DNA from: an uncultured Chitinophaga sp.
Lineage (GTDB): Bacteria; Bacteroidota; Bacteroidia; UKL13-3
Assembly (NCBI GenBank): GCA_964355075.1
Contig: CAYHCF010000004.1
Location: 952-64,951 of the forward strand
Length of the DNA: 64,000 bases
Direction of reading: 5' to 3'
Numbering within the stretch: position 1 is the first letter of the stretch; each line of letters opens with the position of its first letter. Both the position numbers and the translations under genes were made by a program. Shown here one piece after another: positions 26,712 through 35,154 of this stretch. Under the pieces are notes generated by a model. The model had not been told where the DNA came from. It did no database searches and worked only from the letters and a program-made list of their open reading frames with translations.

Positions 26712-28610
26712 ATGAGTACAAAATTTAAATTAGATTACAGCTTTCCTTCCCTGCATCCTTATTTAAAACATGCTGCCCATAGCCTTAAAACGCCTGACAG
26801 CATCTATTTATTAGAAAAGAAAAAGGATAGTTACCGGGGTATCACCTACTTGCAGGTTATTGAGGAAGCTAATGCCATTTCAGCCTATTTCTTAAATATG
26901 GGTTATCAGAAACAGGAAATGGTAGCATTAATCATAGAAAATTGTCCTGAATATATTGCCTTCGACCAGGGATTGATGCAATTGGGACTGATAAATGTTT
27001 CTATTTATCCCACCCTGTCAGAAAGTGAAGTAGAATATATTATTAATGATTCAGGATCAAGAGCCATTTTGGTTGGAACCCCTTTTCTGTTAAAGAAAAT
27101 CAATAAGATCAAACACAATTGTCCGAAATTAGAAAAGATTATCATTGCCTTCGATACCGATAAGAGAGAAGATGGGGTTCCTACTTATGCTGAAATGATA
27201 GCTGAAGGCAGGATTTTATATGAAAAAAATAAAGAACAGGTTAATGAAAGATGCGATCAGGTTACAAGGGAAGATATTTCCTGTTTGCTTTATACCTCCG
27301 GTACAACCGGCAAGCCGAAAGGTGCCATGCTTACACATGATAATTTTTTAAGCGATATTGAAATGGCCGTGGAGTTAATGTATATCGTAAATAAGGATTA
27401 CCGCTTTCTTTCATTCCTGCCGATGTGCCATGTTTATGAACGAACCGCCACCTACTATTTAAGTACCGTAGTGGGAACTCAAATTGCTTTCGCCCAAAGC
27501 CTGGAAGCCTTATCCAGCAATCTTATTGAAATAAAACCAACTGCAATTTTAACGGTTCCACGCTTGTTGGAACGTATTGAAGAAAGGGTGCGCAAAAAAA
27601 TTACTTCCCAGGGAGGAATGAAATTGATAATCTTCAACTGGGCAATACAGGTGGGAGAAAAAAGAAGATTCTTAAGAGAGGCAGGCAAAACACCTGGCTT
27701 CCTGTTGCAGCTTCAACTTCTGTTTGCCGAAAAAATGGTATATTCTAAAATAAAAGAACACCTAGGTGGAAATATGAAGCTGATGATTTCGGGAGGTGGA
27801 GCCATGCCACAACATGTGGGCGAATTTTTTGGAAATATCGGAGTGATCGTTTGTGAAGGTTATGGCTTAACTGAAACTTCTCCACTCGTTACCGTAAATG
27901 AACCCCATCGTCAGGTTTTTGGAGCTGTTGGCCGGGTTGGCAGATTAAATGAAGTAGCCATTCAAAATCCGGAAACCAAAGAAATAATTACCATTCAAAC
28001 CTACGACTCCTACCATCCTGAATTCGAATGTGGAGAAGGTGAAATTTTGGTGAGAGGCAGAAATGTTATGAAAGGATACTGGAATTTACCCGAAGCCACA
28101 GCCGAAGCAATTGATAAGGATGGTTGGCTGCATACCGGTGATGTAGGTAAATTTTATAAGGGTTATCTCAAAATAACAGATAGGATCAAGAACATCCTTG
28201 TAAATTCTTTTGGAAAAAATATCTATCCTACACCTATTGAAAACACTTACCTGAAATCAAACAAAATTGAACAAATCTTTTTGATTGGCGACCGACAGGA
28301 ATATCTTACAGCGATTATTGTTCCTTCCAAAGAGGAATTAAAAGAAGTTTTTGGACACAAAGATAAATTCTTCGAAGATCCCAATGATTTTATTACGGAT
28401 GAAAACATCAAAAAATGGCTGGATGAAGATCTGCATAAATATGCTACAGAATTGGGCAAATTTGAACGGGTAAAACATTATGTTATCAAACGCCGGCCTT
28501 TTACACTTGAGTCAGGGGAAATGACCCCAACCCACAAGATGAAACGAAAAATTGTTGAGCAAAAATATGCAGATGCTATCCATGGAATGTATTCTGCTAT
28601 TATTGAGTGA
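26712..28610 (+). CDS. Long-chain fatty acid--CoA ligase (AMP-dependent synthetase)
   Basis: 632 aa. 'YTSGTTGKPKGA', 'EGYGLTETS', 'LHTGDVG', and C-terminal 'TPTHKMKRK'. Confidence 0.9.
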   Translation: MSTKFKLDYSFPSLHPYLKHAAHSLKTPDSIYLLEKKKDSYRGITYLQVIEEANAISAYFLNMGYQKQEMVALIIENCPEYIAFDQGLMQLGLINVSIYPTLSESEVEYIINDSGSRAILVGTPFLLKKINKIKHNCPKLEKIIIAFDTDKREDGVPTYAEMIAEGRILYEKNKEQVNERCDQVTREDISCLLYTSGTTGKPKGAMLTHDNFLSDIEMAVELMYIVNKDYRFLSFLPMCHVYERTATYYLSTVVGTQIAFAQSLEALSSNLIEIKPTAILTVPRLLERIEERVRKKITSQGGMKLIIFNWAIQVGEKRRFLREAGKTPGFLLQLQLLFAEKMVYSKIKEHLGGNMKLMISGGGAMPQHVGEFFGNIGVIVCEGYGLTETSPLVTVNEPHRQVFGAVGRVGRLNEVAIQNPETKEIITIQTYDSYHPEFECGEGEILVRGRNVMKGYWNLPEATAEAIDKDGWLHTGDVGKFYKGYLKITDRIKNILVNSFGKNIYPTPIENTYLKSNKIEQIFLIGDRQEYLTAIIVPSKEELKEVFGHKDKFFEDPNDFITDENIKKWLDEDLHKYATELGKFERVKHYVIKRRPFTLESGEMTPTHKMKRKIVEQKYADAIHGMYSAIIE

Positions 28611-28783
28611 GGTAGGTAGGTGGATAGGTAGATAGGCTGTAGGCGATTTGCCAACATCAACAACCTAAAAACAGGAAATTAATGTTGCGTTCAGGTGCAA
28701 TAAAAATAAACCAGTTGAAAAACCACAACTGAAACACATTTTTAAAACAAAAGTTTTTCGTGCGAATGGGAATTCGCTGTTTT

Positions 28784-29932
28784 CTATTTTCTATTTTCCA
28801 CTTCCCATGATAACAAAAACAAATCAAAATTTTCCGGGTGAATGACATCATAATTTGCTTTTGGATATGCTTGTTTAAAAGTATTCGGCAGCTTCACTTT
28901 TGCCTTTGGATTCCATTTAAATTCATAAGCCCGTAATTTCCCGTCGGCTTCTTCTAAATAATCTATTTCTTGCTGTTCCACATTTCTCCAATACCAATTA
29001 TTGCTATAATGTTGGTGGTAAGAAAGGTATTTAATGCGTTCCGAAACCAAAAAATTCTCCCACAAAGCTCCTATATCTGCCCTGTTTTCAATTTGTGAAA
29101 AATTATTGATGAGCGCATTTCGAATGCCGTTGTCATAAAAATAAATCTTCCTGCTTTTTTTGAGTTCAGTACGTAAATTTCGGCTAAACGACCCCAATCT
29201 AAAGATAACATAGGCCTGCTCTAATAAAACAATATACTTCTCAACTGTTTTCGAATCTATGCCGCAAAGTTGCGATAATTCATTGTAGGATACCTGAGAA
29301 CCAACCTGAAACGATAAACCTTGCAATAATTTAATCAAGGCATCCGGGCGTTTTACCTGATCCAAAAGCAAAACATCTTTATACAGATAACTTTCTGCCA
29401 ACTGCTTCAATATTTCCCGTTCCGAACCTATTTGATTGATCACCTCCGGGTAGTATCCATAAATTAAACGATGAGGCAACATTCTTTTTTCCTCCAACAA
29501 GCCATGTTGGTTAACCATCTCTTCAAATGTAATTGGAAACATCAGATACTCCCACTTCCTGCCTGTTAAGGGTTCATTTACTTCATTTGCTAATTCCAAA
29601 GCCGAACTTCCCGTAACAATCAGTTGCACCTCTGGTATTTGATCTGTAATTAACTTTAATCGCAACCCAATATCTTTAATTCTTTGCGCCTCGTCTATTA
29701 TAAGTGTCGTGTTTTCCCCAATTATCGCTTTTAAACGAGTGGCAGAAATGTTGGCAAATACAGACTGAACATCCAATTCATCACCATTAAGCCAAAGCAC
29801 ATTGGAAACATCTTTAAACAAGGATTTAATTAAAGTGGTTTTACCCACTTGCCGTGGCCCAAGCAAAATAATTGCCTTACCGGTTTTTAGCTTTTCAGAA
29901 ATTTTTGCACTTAAGACTCTTGCAATGTTCAT
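28784..29932 (-). CDS. AAA ATPase (AAA_14 + DUF4143-type)
   Basis: 382 aa. Walker A 'GPRQVGKTT' and Walker B 'LIIDEAQ'. C-terminal region typical of DUF4143 (..EIDYLEE..AYEFKW). Confidence 0.85.
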   Translation of the reverse strand: MNIARVLSAKISEKLKTGKAIILLGPRQVGKTTLIKSLFKDVSNVLWLNGDELDVQSVFANISATRLKAIIGENTTLIIDEAQRIKDIGLRLKLITDQIPEVQLIVTGSSALELANEVNEPLTGRKWEYLMFPITFEEMVNQHGLLEEKRMLPHRLIYGYYPEVINQIGSEREILKQLAESYLYKDVLLLDQVKRPDALIKLLQGLSFQVGSQVSYNELSQLCGIDSKTVEKYIVLLEQAYVIFRLGSFSRNLRTELKKSRKIYFYDNGIRNALINNFSQIENRADIGALWENFLVSERIKYLSYHQHYSNNWYWRNVEQQEIDYLEEADGKLRAYEFKWNPKAKVKLPNTFKQAYPKANYDVIHPENFDLFLLSWEVENRK

Positions 29933-29972
29933 CTCCAGGATATTATGAAGCGAAAATAAGCATTTATTTTAA

Positions 29973-30100
29973 CAATCCGCAAAAATTGCCATATTTCTGG
30001 ATTTCAATCCGCAAAAATTGCCATATTTCTGGATTTCAATCCGTAATAATTGCCATATTTAAGGAATTCAATCCATAATAATTGCCATATTTCTGGAAAT
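29973..30100. repeat. Four head-to-tail 32-bp direct repeats (iteron-like)
   Basis: Units at 29973-30004, 30005-30036, 30037-30068 and 30069-30100. Consensus CAATCCGCAAAAATTGCCATATTTCTGGATTT; units 1 and 2 are identical. Unit junctions create the palindrome GGATT-TC-AATCC. The array lies 41 nt upstream of the ATPase start (minus strand). Confidence 0.9.
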
Positions 30101-30161
30101 AAGTAAAAATGAAAATATCAGAATAATTAAATATGCAAACTTTTCCCCTCACTTCATCCTT

Positions 30162-30217
30162 CATACTTCATACTTTATACTTTATACTTTATACTTCATA
30201 CTTTATACTTCATACTT
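30162..30217. repeat. Heptanucleotide microsatellite (YATACTT) x8
   Basis: catactt catactt tatactt tatactt tatactt catactt tatactt catactt. Intergenic, 18 nt beyond the stop of the GNAT gene. Confidence 0.9.
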
Positions 30218-30234
30218 CCCCTACGCCTCCCAGC

Positions 30235-30660
30235 CTACCCCTCTTCCCAAATCATCTTCACATGCTCAATCCCGCCTTCCCAAAAGTTTGGTCCGCTTGG
30301 TTTGAACCCAAATTTAAGGTATAAACCAGCTGCCGAAAGCTGTGCGTGCAGGTATACCCTTTCTGGCTTTGAACCAATTTCTACCAGAATTCTCATGATC
30401 AGGGCCGCTGCAACTCCCTTATATCGGAAATTTTTTACAACAGCGAAACGCTCTAATTTAATACCCTTTTCGGTTGTACGGTAGCGTGCCGTTCCAACAG
30501 GTTTGCCATCTAATAATGCCAAAAAATGGGTTGATTCTTCTTCAAATTCCCATTCAATATCCTCCGGACACCCCTGTTCTACTACAAAAACATCTTTTCT
30601 GATATCCCATGCAACTTGTAAATCCTGAGGATTCGCTATTTGAATTATTTGAATGCTCAT
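30235..30660 (-). CDS. GNAT-family N-acetyltransferase
   Basis: Start at MSIQIIQIANP.. (ATG 30660). 'GKPVGTARYR' and motif A 'FAVVKNFRYKGVAAALI'. Confidence 0.85.
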   Translation of the reverse strand: MSIQIIQIANPQDLQVAWDIRKDVFVVEQGCPEDIEWEFEEESTHFLALLDGKPVGTARYRTTEKGIKLERFAVVKNFRYKGVAAALIMRILVEIGSKPERVYLHAQLSAAGLYLKFGFKPSGPNFWEGGIEHVKMIWEEG

Positions 30661-30688
30661 TTTTGGTATTATTTCTTTTGTAATTGTG

Positions 30689-30696
30689 TATGTTTG
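30689..30696 (+). promoter_or_regulatory. Candidate -7 box TATGTTTG for fbaB
   Basis: Perfect TAnnTTTG, 22 nt upstream of ATG 30719. Confidence 0.4.
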
Positions 30697-30718
30697 CCGC
30701 AGCAAATAAATCAAAATT

Positions 30719-31771
30719 ATGACAAAAATAGCTGAATTATTAGGTGACAAAGCCGAGGCTTTGTTAAATCACCAATGTAAAACCATTTCTAAAAGTCTAT
30801 TGCACTTACCTGGTCCCGATTTTGTTGATCGTGTTGTGATGCAATCAAATCGCAATTCGCAGGTTTTGAAAAGTTTAAATTCAATTTATAACCATGGTCG
30901 CTTGGCTGGAACAGGTTATGTATCCATATTGCCGGTTGATCAGGGAATTGAACACAGTGCCGGGGCTTCTTTTGCTCCAAATCCTGCCTTTTTTGATCCT
31001 GAAAACATTGTAAAATTAGCCATGGAAGGGGGCTGTAATGCAGTTGCTTCTACTTATGGCGTTCTCGCTGCCTGTTCACGTAAATATGCTCACAAAATTC
31101 CTTTCATTGTAAAAATAAACCACAATGAATTTTTAACCTATCCAAATAAATTTGATCAAATTATGTTTGGTTCGGTTGATGAAGCCTGGAATTTAGGTGC
31201 AACTGCCGTTGGTGCTACCATCTATTTTGGCTCAGACGAATCCGGTCGTCAAATTCAGGAAGTAGCACTTGCCTTTGAACGGGCACATGAATTGGGAATG
31301 GCTACCGTTTTGTGGTGCTATCTACGTAATAATGCCTTCAAGAAAGATGGCGTTGATTACCATGCTGCTGCAGATTTAACTGGTCAGGCAAATCATTTAG
31401 GAGTTACCCTGCAGGCCGATATCATCAAACAAAAATTGCCAACAACCAACGGAGGTTATACTGCACTTAACTTTGGCAAAACACATGATAAAGTTTATAC
31501 CGAATTATCATCCAGTCATCCCATTGATTTAACCCGTTATCAGGTTGCCAATTGCTATATGGGGCGTCAGGGTTTAATCAACTCAGGTGGTGAAAGTAAA
31601 GGAGCTACCGATCTGGTTGAAGCAGTTACTACGGCCGTAATTAATAAACGTGCCGGTGGAACAGGCTTGATTTCGGGTCGTAAAGCATTCCAGAAACCCA
31701 TGAAAGATGGAGTTGCTTTATTGAACGCCATTCAGGATGTTTATATGGACGAAAGCGTTACCATCGCATAA
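30719..31771 (+). CDS. fbaB: Class I fructose-bisphosphate aldolase (FbaB type)
   Basis: 350 aa. Closely resembles E. coli FbaB as I remember it over the N-terminal region (MT.IA.LLG..A..LL.H.C.TI....L.LPG.D.VDRV.., '[27 protein letters not shown].(Y/F)FDP.NIV'). Confidence 0.93.
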   Translation: MTKIAELLGDKAEALLNHQCKTISKSLLHLPGPDFVDRVVMQSNRNSQVLKSLNSIYNHGRLAGTGYVSILPVDQGIEHSAGASFAPNPAFFDPENIVKLAMEGGCNAVASTYGVLAACSRKYAHKIPFIVKINHNEFLTYPNKFDQIMFGSVDEAWNLGATAVGATIYFGSDESGRQIQEVALAFERAHELGMATVLWCYLRNNAFKKDGVDYHAAADLTGQANHLGVTLQADIIKQKLPTTNGGYTALNFGKTHDKVYTELSSSHPIDLTRYQVANCYMGRQGLINSGGESKGATDLVEAVTTAVINKRAGGTGLISGRKAFQKPMKDGVALLNAIQDVYMDESVTIA

Positions 31772-31823
31772 ACAAAATACGATTCCTGTATCGAATTTTC
31801 AAAACAGTGACCTGAAAAAAAAT

Positions 31824-32711
31824 ATGAGCTGGTACAAACGTGTAAAAGAAGGAATTACTACCTTAACCTCTGAAAAAAAATCAGTTCCGGATGGATTATG
31901 GCATAAGTGCAGTAAGTGTAAAAAAACTTTTTTATCGGAAGACCACCAAAAAAATTCTTATGTATGTACAAACTGCTCATACCATGATAAAATAGGCTCT
32001 CACGAATATTTTGAAATACTTTTCGGGTCAGAATTTGACGAGCTTTTTGGAAATATTATGCCCAGCGACCCTTTGAAATTCATCGATACCAAAGAGTATA
32101 GCAAACGCCTGACCGAATCGCAGGAAAATAGTGGCTTAACAGATGCCATGCGGGTTGCTGTTGGTAACCTCGATGAGCAAACCAAATTAGTAGTTGCCTG
32201 CATGGATTTCGGTTTTATTGGTGGAAGTATGGGAAGTGTAGTGGGAGAAAAAATTTCGAGAGCTATTGATTATTCCAGAGAAAATAAAATCCCTTTACTC
32301 ATCATCTCTAAATCGGGTGGTGCACGTATGATGGAAGCTGCATTTTCTTTGATGCAAATGGCCAAAACTTCTGCTAAACTTGCTCTTCTGGGTCAAAGCG
32401 GAGTCCCTTTTATTTCCTTGCTTACGGATCCCACTACCGGTGGTGTTACGGCCAGTTTTGCCATGTTAGGCGATATTAACATGGCTGAACCGGAAGCTTT
32501 AATCGGGTTTGCCGGGCCCAGGGTGATAAGAGAAACCATCGGGAAGGATTTGCCAAAAGGATTCCAAAGTTCAGAATTTGTGCTGGAACATGGTTTTATT
32601 GACTTTATTATTGAGCGACCTCAGCTAAAATCGAAGTTAACGGAATTGCTGAGAATAATGATGAAGAAAGGCATATGCGTGAGCGAATCAGACCTAAATA
32701 AAATTAACTGA
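31824..32711 (+). CDS. accD: Acetyl-CoA carboxylase carboxyltransferase subunit beta
   Basis: N-terminal Zn ribbon 'CSKCKKTF..CTNCSYH' and 'FGFIGGSMGSVVGEK'. Start at MSWYKRV (31824). Confidence 0.95.
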   Translation: MSWYKRVKEGITTLTSEKKSVPDGLWHKCSKCKKTFLSEDHQKNSYVCTNCSYHDKIGSHEYFEILFGSEFDELFGNIMPSDPLKFIDTKEYSKRLTESQENSGLTDAMRVAVGNLDEQTKLVVACMDFGFIGGSMGSVVGEKISRAIDYSRENKIPLLIISKSGGARMMEAAFSLMQMAKTSAKLALLGQSGVPFISLLTDPTTGGVTASFAMLGDINMAEPEALIGFAGPRVIRETIGKDLPKGFQSSEFVLEHGFIDFIIERPQLKSKLTELLRIMMKKGICVSESDLNKIN

Positions 32712-32828
32712 CAAACCAGATAATTGTGCGTATTCCAGAAATTGTTTTCGACTCCGCTCAAACTGACAAACCTTAAAAGCTGCTTATGTTTTAATAACCG
32801 CTTTGAATTTGGTAAATAAATTTATACC

Positions 32829-33515
32829 TTGCCCATAGCTTTGGATCAACAAATAACATCAAGAGAAAAAATTCTTAAAAAGGTTCGCCTGGCTTTGAAT
32901 TACAAATCGAAAAGCAGTTTTCAAAACATCGATTTGGAAAGCAATGTGTTTGCACGTCCCGAAGGAGAAACGCTTGCCGAAGCCTTTATAAAAAAATTTA
33001 CAAGTGCCGCCGGCCAATTTGTTTATTGTGACAACCCATTTGATTGCGTTGACAAACTTCTTGATTTAATTGAACAGAGAAAGTGGAAATATATCTTTAG
33101 CTGGGAAGAAGAAACTCAAAATCTACTTGCGGATAGTGGCATATCCTATTTTGATAAAAAAGATAATCTTGAGAAAATTCAGGTGTCCATAACGGGTTGT
33201 GAATCTTTGTTGGCCATTTCAGGAAGTATTTTAGTGAGCAGTACAAAAAACAGTAGAATTCTCACCATTTGGCCTCCTGTTCATATTGTGATTGCCAGAC
33301 GTTCACAAATTGTATTAGATATTAAGGATTCTATCCAGTTATTACGGAACAAATACGGCCGCGAAATGCCATCTATGATTTCTTTTTTAACGGGTCCAAG
33401 CCGCACAACGAATATCCCTTCTGATGAAATGGAAGGCTTGCCTCCCGTGGTAATTGGAGCTCATGGCCCCATTGAACTCATTTTGTTTTTGATTGACGAC
33501 AGAAAGCATGAGTAG
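32829..33515 (+). CDS. LUD-domain protein (LutC/YkgG-like)
   Basis: 228 aa, TTG start. 'SREKILKKVRLAL' N-terminus and 'LVSSTKNSRILTIWPPVHIVIA' core typical of the family. Confidence 0.6.
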   Translation: MPIALDQQITSREKILKKVRLALNYKSKSSFQNIDLESNVFARPEGETLAEAFIKKFTSAAGQFVYCDNPFDCVDKLLDLIEQRKWKYIFSWEEETQNLLADSGISYFDKKDNLEKIQVSITGCESLLAISGSILVSSTKNSRILTIWPPVHIVIARRSQIVLDIKDSIQLLRNKYGREMPSMISFLTGPSRTTNIPSDEMEGLPPVVIGAHGPIELILFLIDDRKHE

Positions 33516-33540
33516 GCTTTTTTTATAATTTTGAATTCAA

Positions 33541-34284
33541 TTGAAGAAAATATACTTCGCTTCCGATTTTCACCTGGGAATTCCTGACCGGGAAAGTAGT
33601 TTTGACCGCGAAAAAAGAATCGTGAGCTGGTTGAATGAAATCAAAAATGATTGTGCCGAATTATTCATTGTCGGTGATATTTTTGATTTCTGGTTTGAAT
33701 ATAGTCTGGTTGTACCCAAAGGATTTGTTCGTTTACAGGCAGCATTTGCCGGGTTTACCGACGCAGGAATTCCGGTTCATTTCTTCCATGGCAACCACGA
33801 TTTATGGCAGTTCGGCTATTTCGAAAAAGAACTGGGAGTGCAGGTACATAACAAACCCATTATAAGGACGTTTCATGGTAAGCAGTTTTTTATCGGACAT
33901 GGAGATGGATTGGGCCCTGGACAGGCCTGGTTTAAATTTATTTTATCTATTTATCGTAACCGGTTTTTCCAGCATTTGTTCGCTTTTTTTCATCCCAGCA
34001 TAGGTATGCGAATCGCCAATTGGTTCAGCCATCAAAGCAAATTGAAAACCTTTGATGGCAATATTAAATTTTATGATGAAGCGGAATTTCTGGTAAAATT
34101 TTGTAGAAGTGAGTTGGAAAAACAGACCATCCATTATTTTGTTTTCGGACATCGGCATATCCCGCTGATCTATGCACTAAATCCTGCAAGCAATTATGTT
34201 AATTTAGGTGATTGGATTTCCTATAATTCCTATGCAGTATTTGACGGGGCGGAATTAAAACTTGAGACCTATAAAGTATCCTGA
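33541..34284 (+). CDS. lpxH: UDP-2,3-diacylglucosamine diphosphatase
   Basis: Calcineurin-like metallophosphoesterase motifs in LpxH order: 'SDFHLG', 'GDIFDFWFEY', 'GNHD', 'GHGD', 'GHRH'. Confidence 0.85.
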   Translation: MKKIYFASDFHLGIPDRESSFDREKRIVSWLNEIKNDCAELFIVGDIFDFWFEYSLVVPKGFVRLQAAFAGFTDAGIPVHFFHGNHDLWQFGYFEKELGVQVHNKPIIRTFHGKQFFIGHGDGLGPGQAWFKFILSIYRNRFFQHLFAFFHPSIGMRIANWFSHQSKLKTFDGNIKFYDEAEFLVKFCRSELEKQTIHYFVFGHRHIPLIYALNPASNYVNLGDWISYNSYAVFDGAELKLETYKVS

Positions 34285-34290
34285 AATCCT

Positions 34291-35145
34291 ATGAAACATC
34301 GTTCAAAATCTATTAAACTTTTGCTGAATCGAACCGGGAAAATTCTTTTAGTATTATTTGGAATATTATTTTTTTCTTTTCAAAATCCGGATTATTCAAA
34401 CTTCAGACTTCTTGCTACCATTGAGATTTGGGCTAAAGACATGCAATCGGACCGACTGGGTAATGTGTATGTGGTGAGCCGAACCAATCAATTATTCAAG
34501 TATGATTTGAATGGGAAAATTACCAGTAACTTAAATTATGCTTACCTCGGAAATATATCCCACATTGATGCCAGTAATCCTTTCGAACTTTACCTCTTTT
34601 ACAAAGAATTAAATGCGGTAATTTTTCTGGATAATAACCTGGCTTATCGCGGACGAATGAACCTAAGCGATGCGGGTGTAATTCAGGCCGGCACTGCAGC
34701 CAGGAATTACGCAAATGGGATTTGGGTTTTTGACCAGGGGGATTTGCAGCTGAAGAAAATTGAAAGAGACGGAAAAGTTACCCAGGTAAGTGGAAATGTA
34801 CTGAAGTTTGCACAAACCAGGAATCTGGCTCCAAACTATATGTTCGATAATGGCTCAAAGGTTTTTGTAAATGACAGCATGGTAGGAATCCTGGTTTTTG
34901 ATGTATTTGCAAACTATCAAAAAACCATCCCCCTCAAGGGTTTAAAATCGTTTAAAATTTTGGATGATGAGTTGTATTTCCTGCGAAATCATCAATTATT
35001 TGCCTATCATTTAAAAACACTGCAACAAAAATCTATCGTATTACCCGACTCTAATTTTAAAGATTTTAGTATCGAAAAGGAGCAAATTTATTTGCAAAAA
35101 GAGAGTCAAATCTGTATTTATTCCCTCCCTGAGAAAAGCAAGTAA
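34291..35145 (+). CDS. Hypothetical membrane-anchored protein, beta-propeller-like
   Basis: 284 aa. N-terminal TM anchor and beta-rich repeat texture. 6 nt after lpxH and 9 nt before the next gene. Confidence 0.5.
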   Translation: MKHRSKSIKLLLNRTGKILLVLFGILFFSFQNPDYSNFRLLATIEIWAKDMQSDRLGNVYVVSRTNQLFKYDLNGKITSNLNYAYLGNISHIDASNPFELYLFYKELNAVIFLDNNLAYRGRMNLSDAGVIQAGTAARNYANGIWVFDQGDLQLKKIERDGKVTQVSGNVLKFAQTRNLAPNYMFDNGSKVFVNDSMVGILVFDVFANYQKTIPLKGLKSFKILDDELYFLRNHQLFAYHLKTLQQKSIVLPDSNFKDFSIEKEQIYLQKESQICIYSLPEKSK

Positions 35146-35154
35146 TTCCATCGC

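Noticed and set aside
28611-28643. TAGG-rich run as a third regular heptamer array
   Set aside because: The spacing of the TAGG cores is irregular (4, 8, 7 and 8 nt), so it is a low-complexity tract rather than a true phased microsatellite. It is kept only as context for the ATPase cassette.
29973-30100. Possible CRISPR array (32-bp repeats)
   Set aside because: The units abut directly with no spacers, there are only four copies, and there are no cas genes in the window. It is a plain tandem repeat.
30133-30324. 63-aa ORF 'MQTFPLTSSFILHTLYFILYTSYFILHTS..'
   Set aside because: It is a translation of the heptamer microsatellite and then runs antisense into the GNAT gene. It is an artefact.
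32706-32772. Direct 12-mer AACTGACAAACC repeated 55 nt apart after accD
   Set aside because: A single 12-mer pair at short range is about what chance allows over 64 kb of AT-rich DNA (my rough estimate is on the order of 0.4 expected). There is no further structure.
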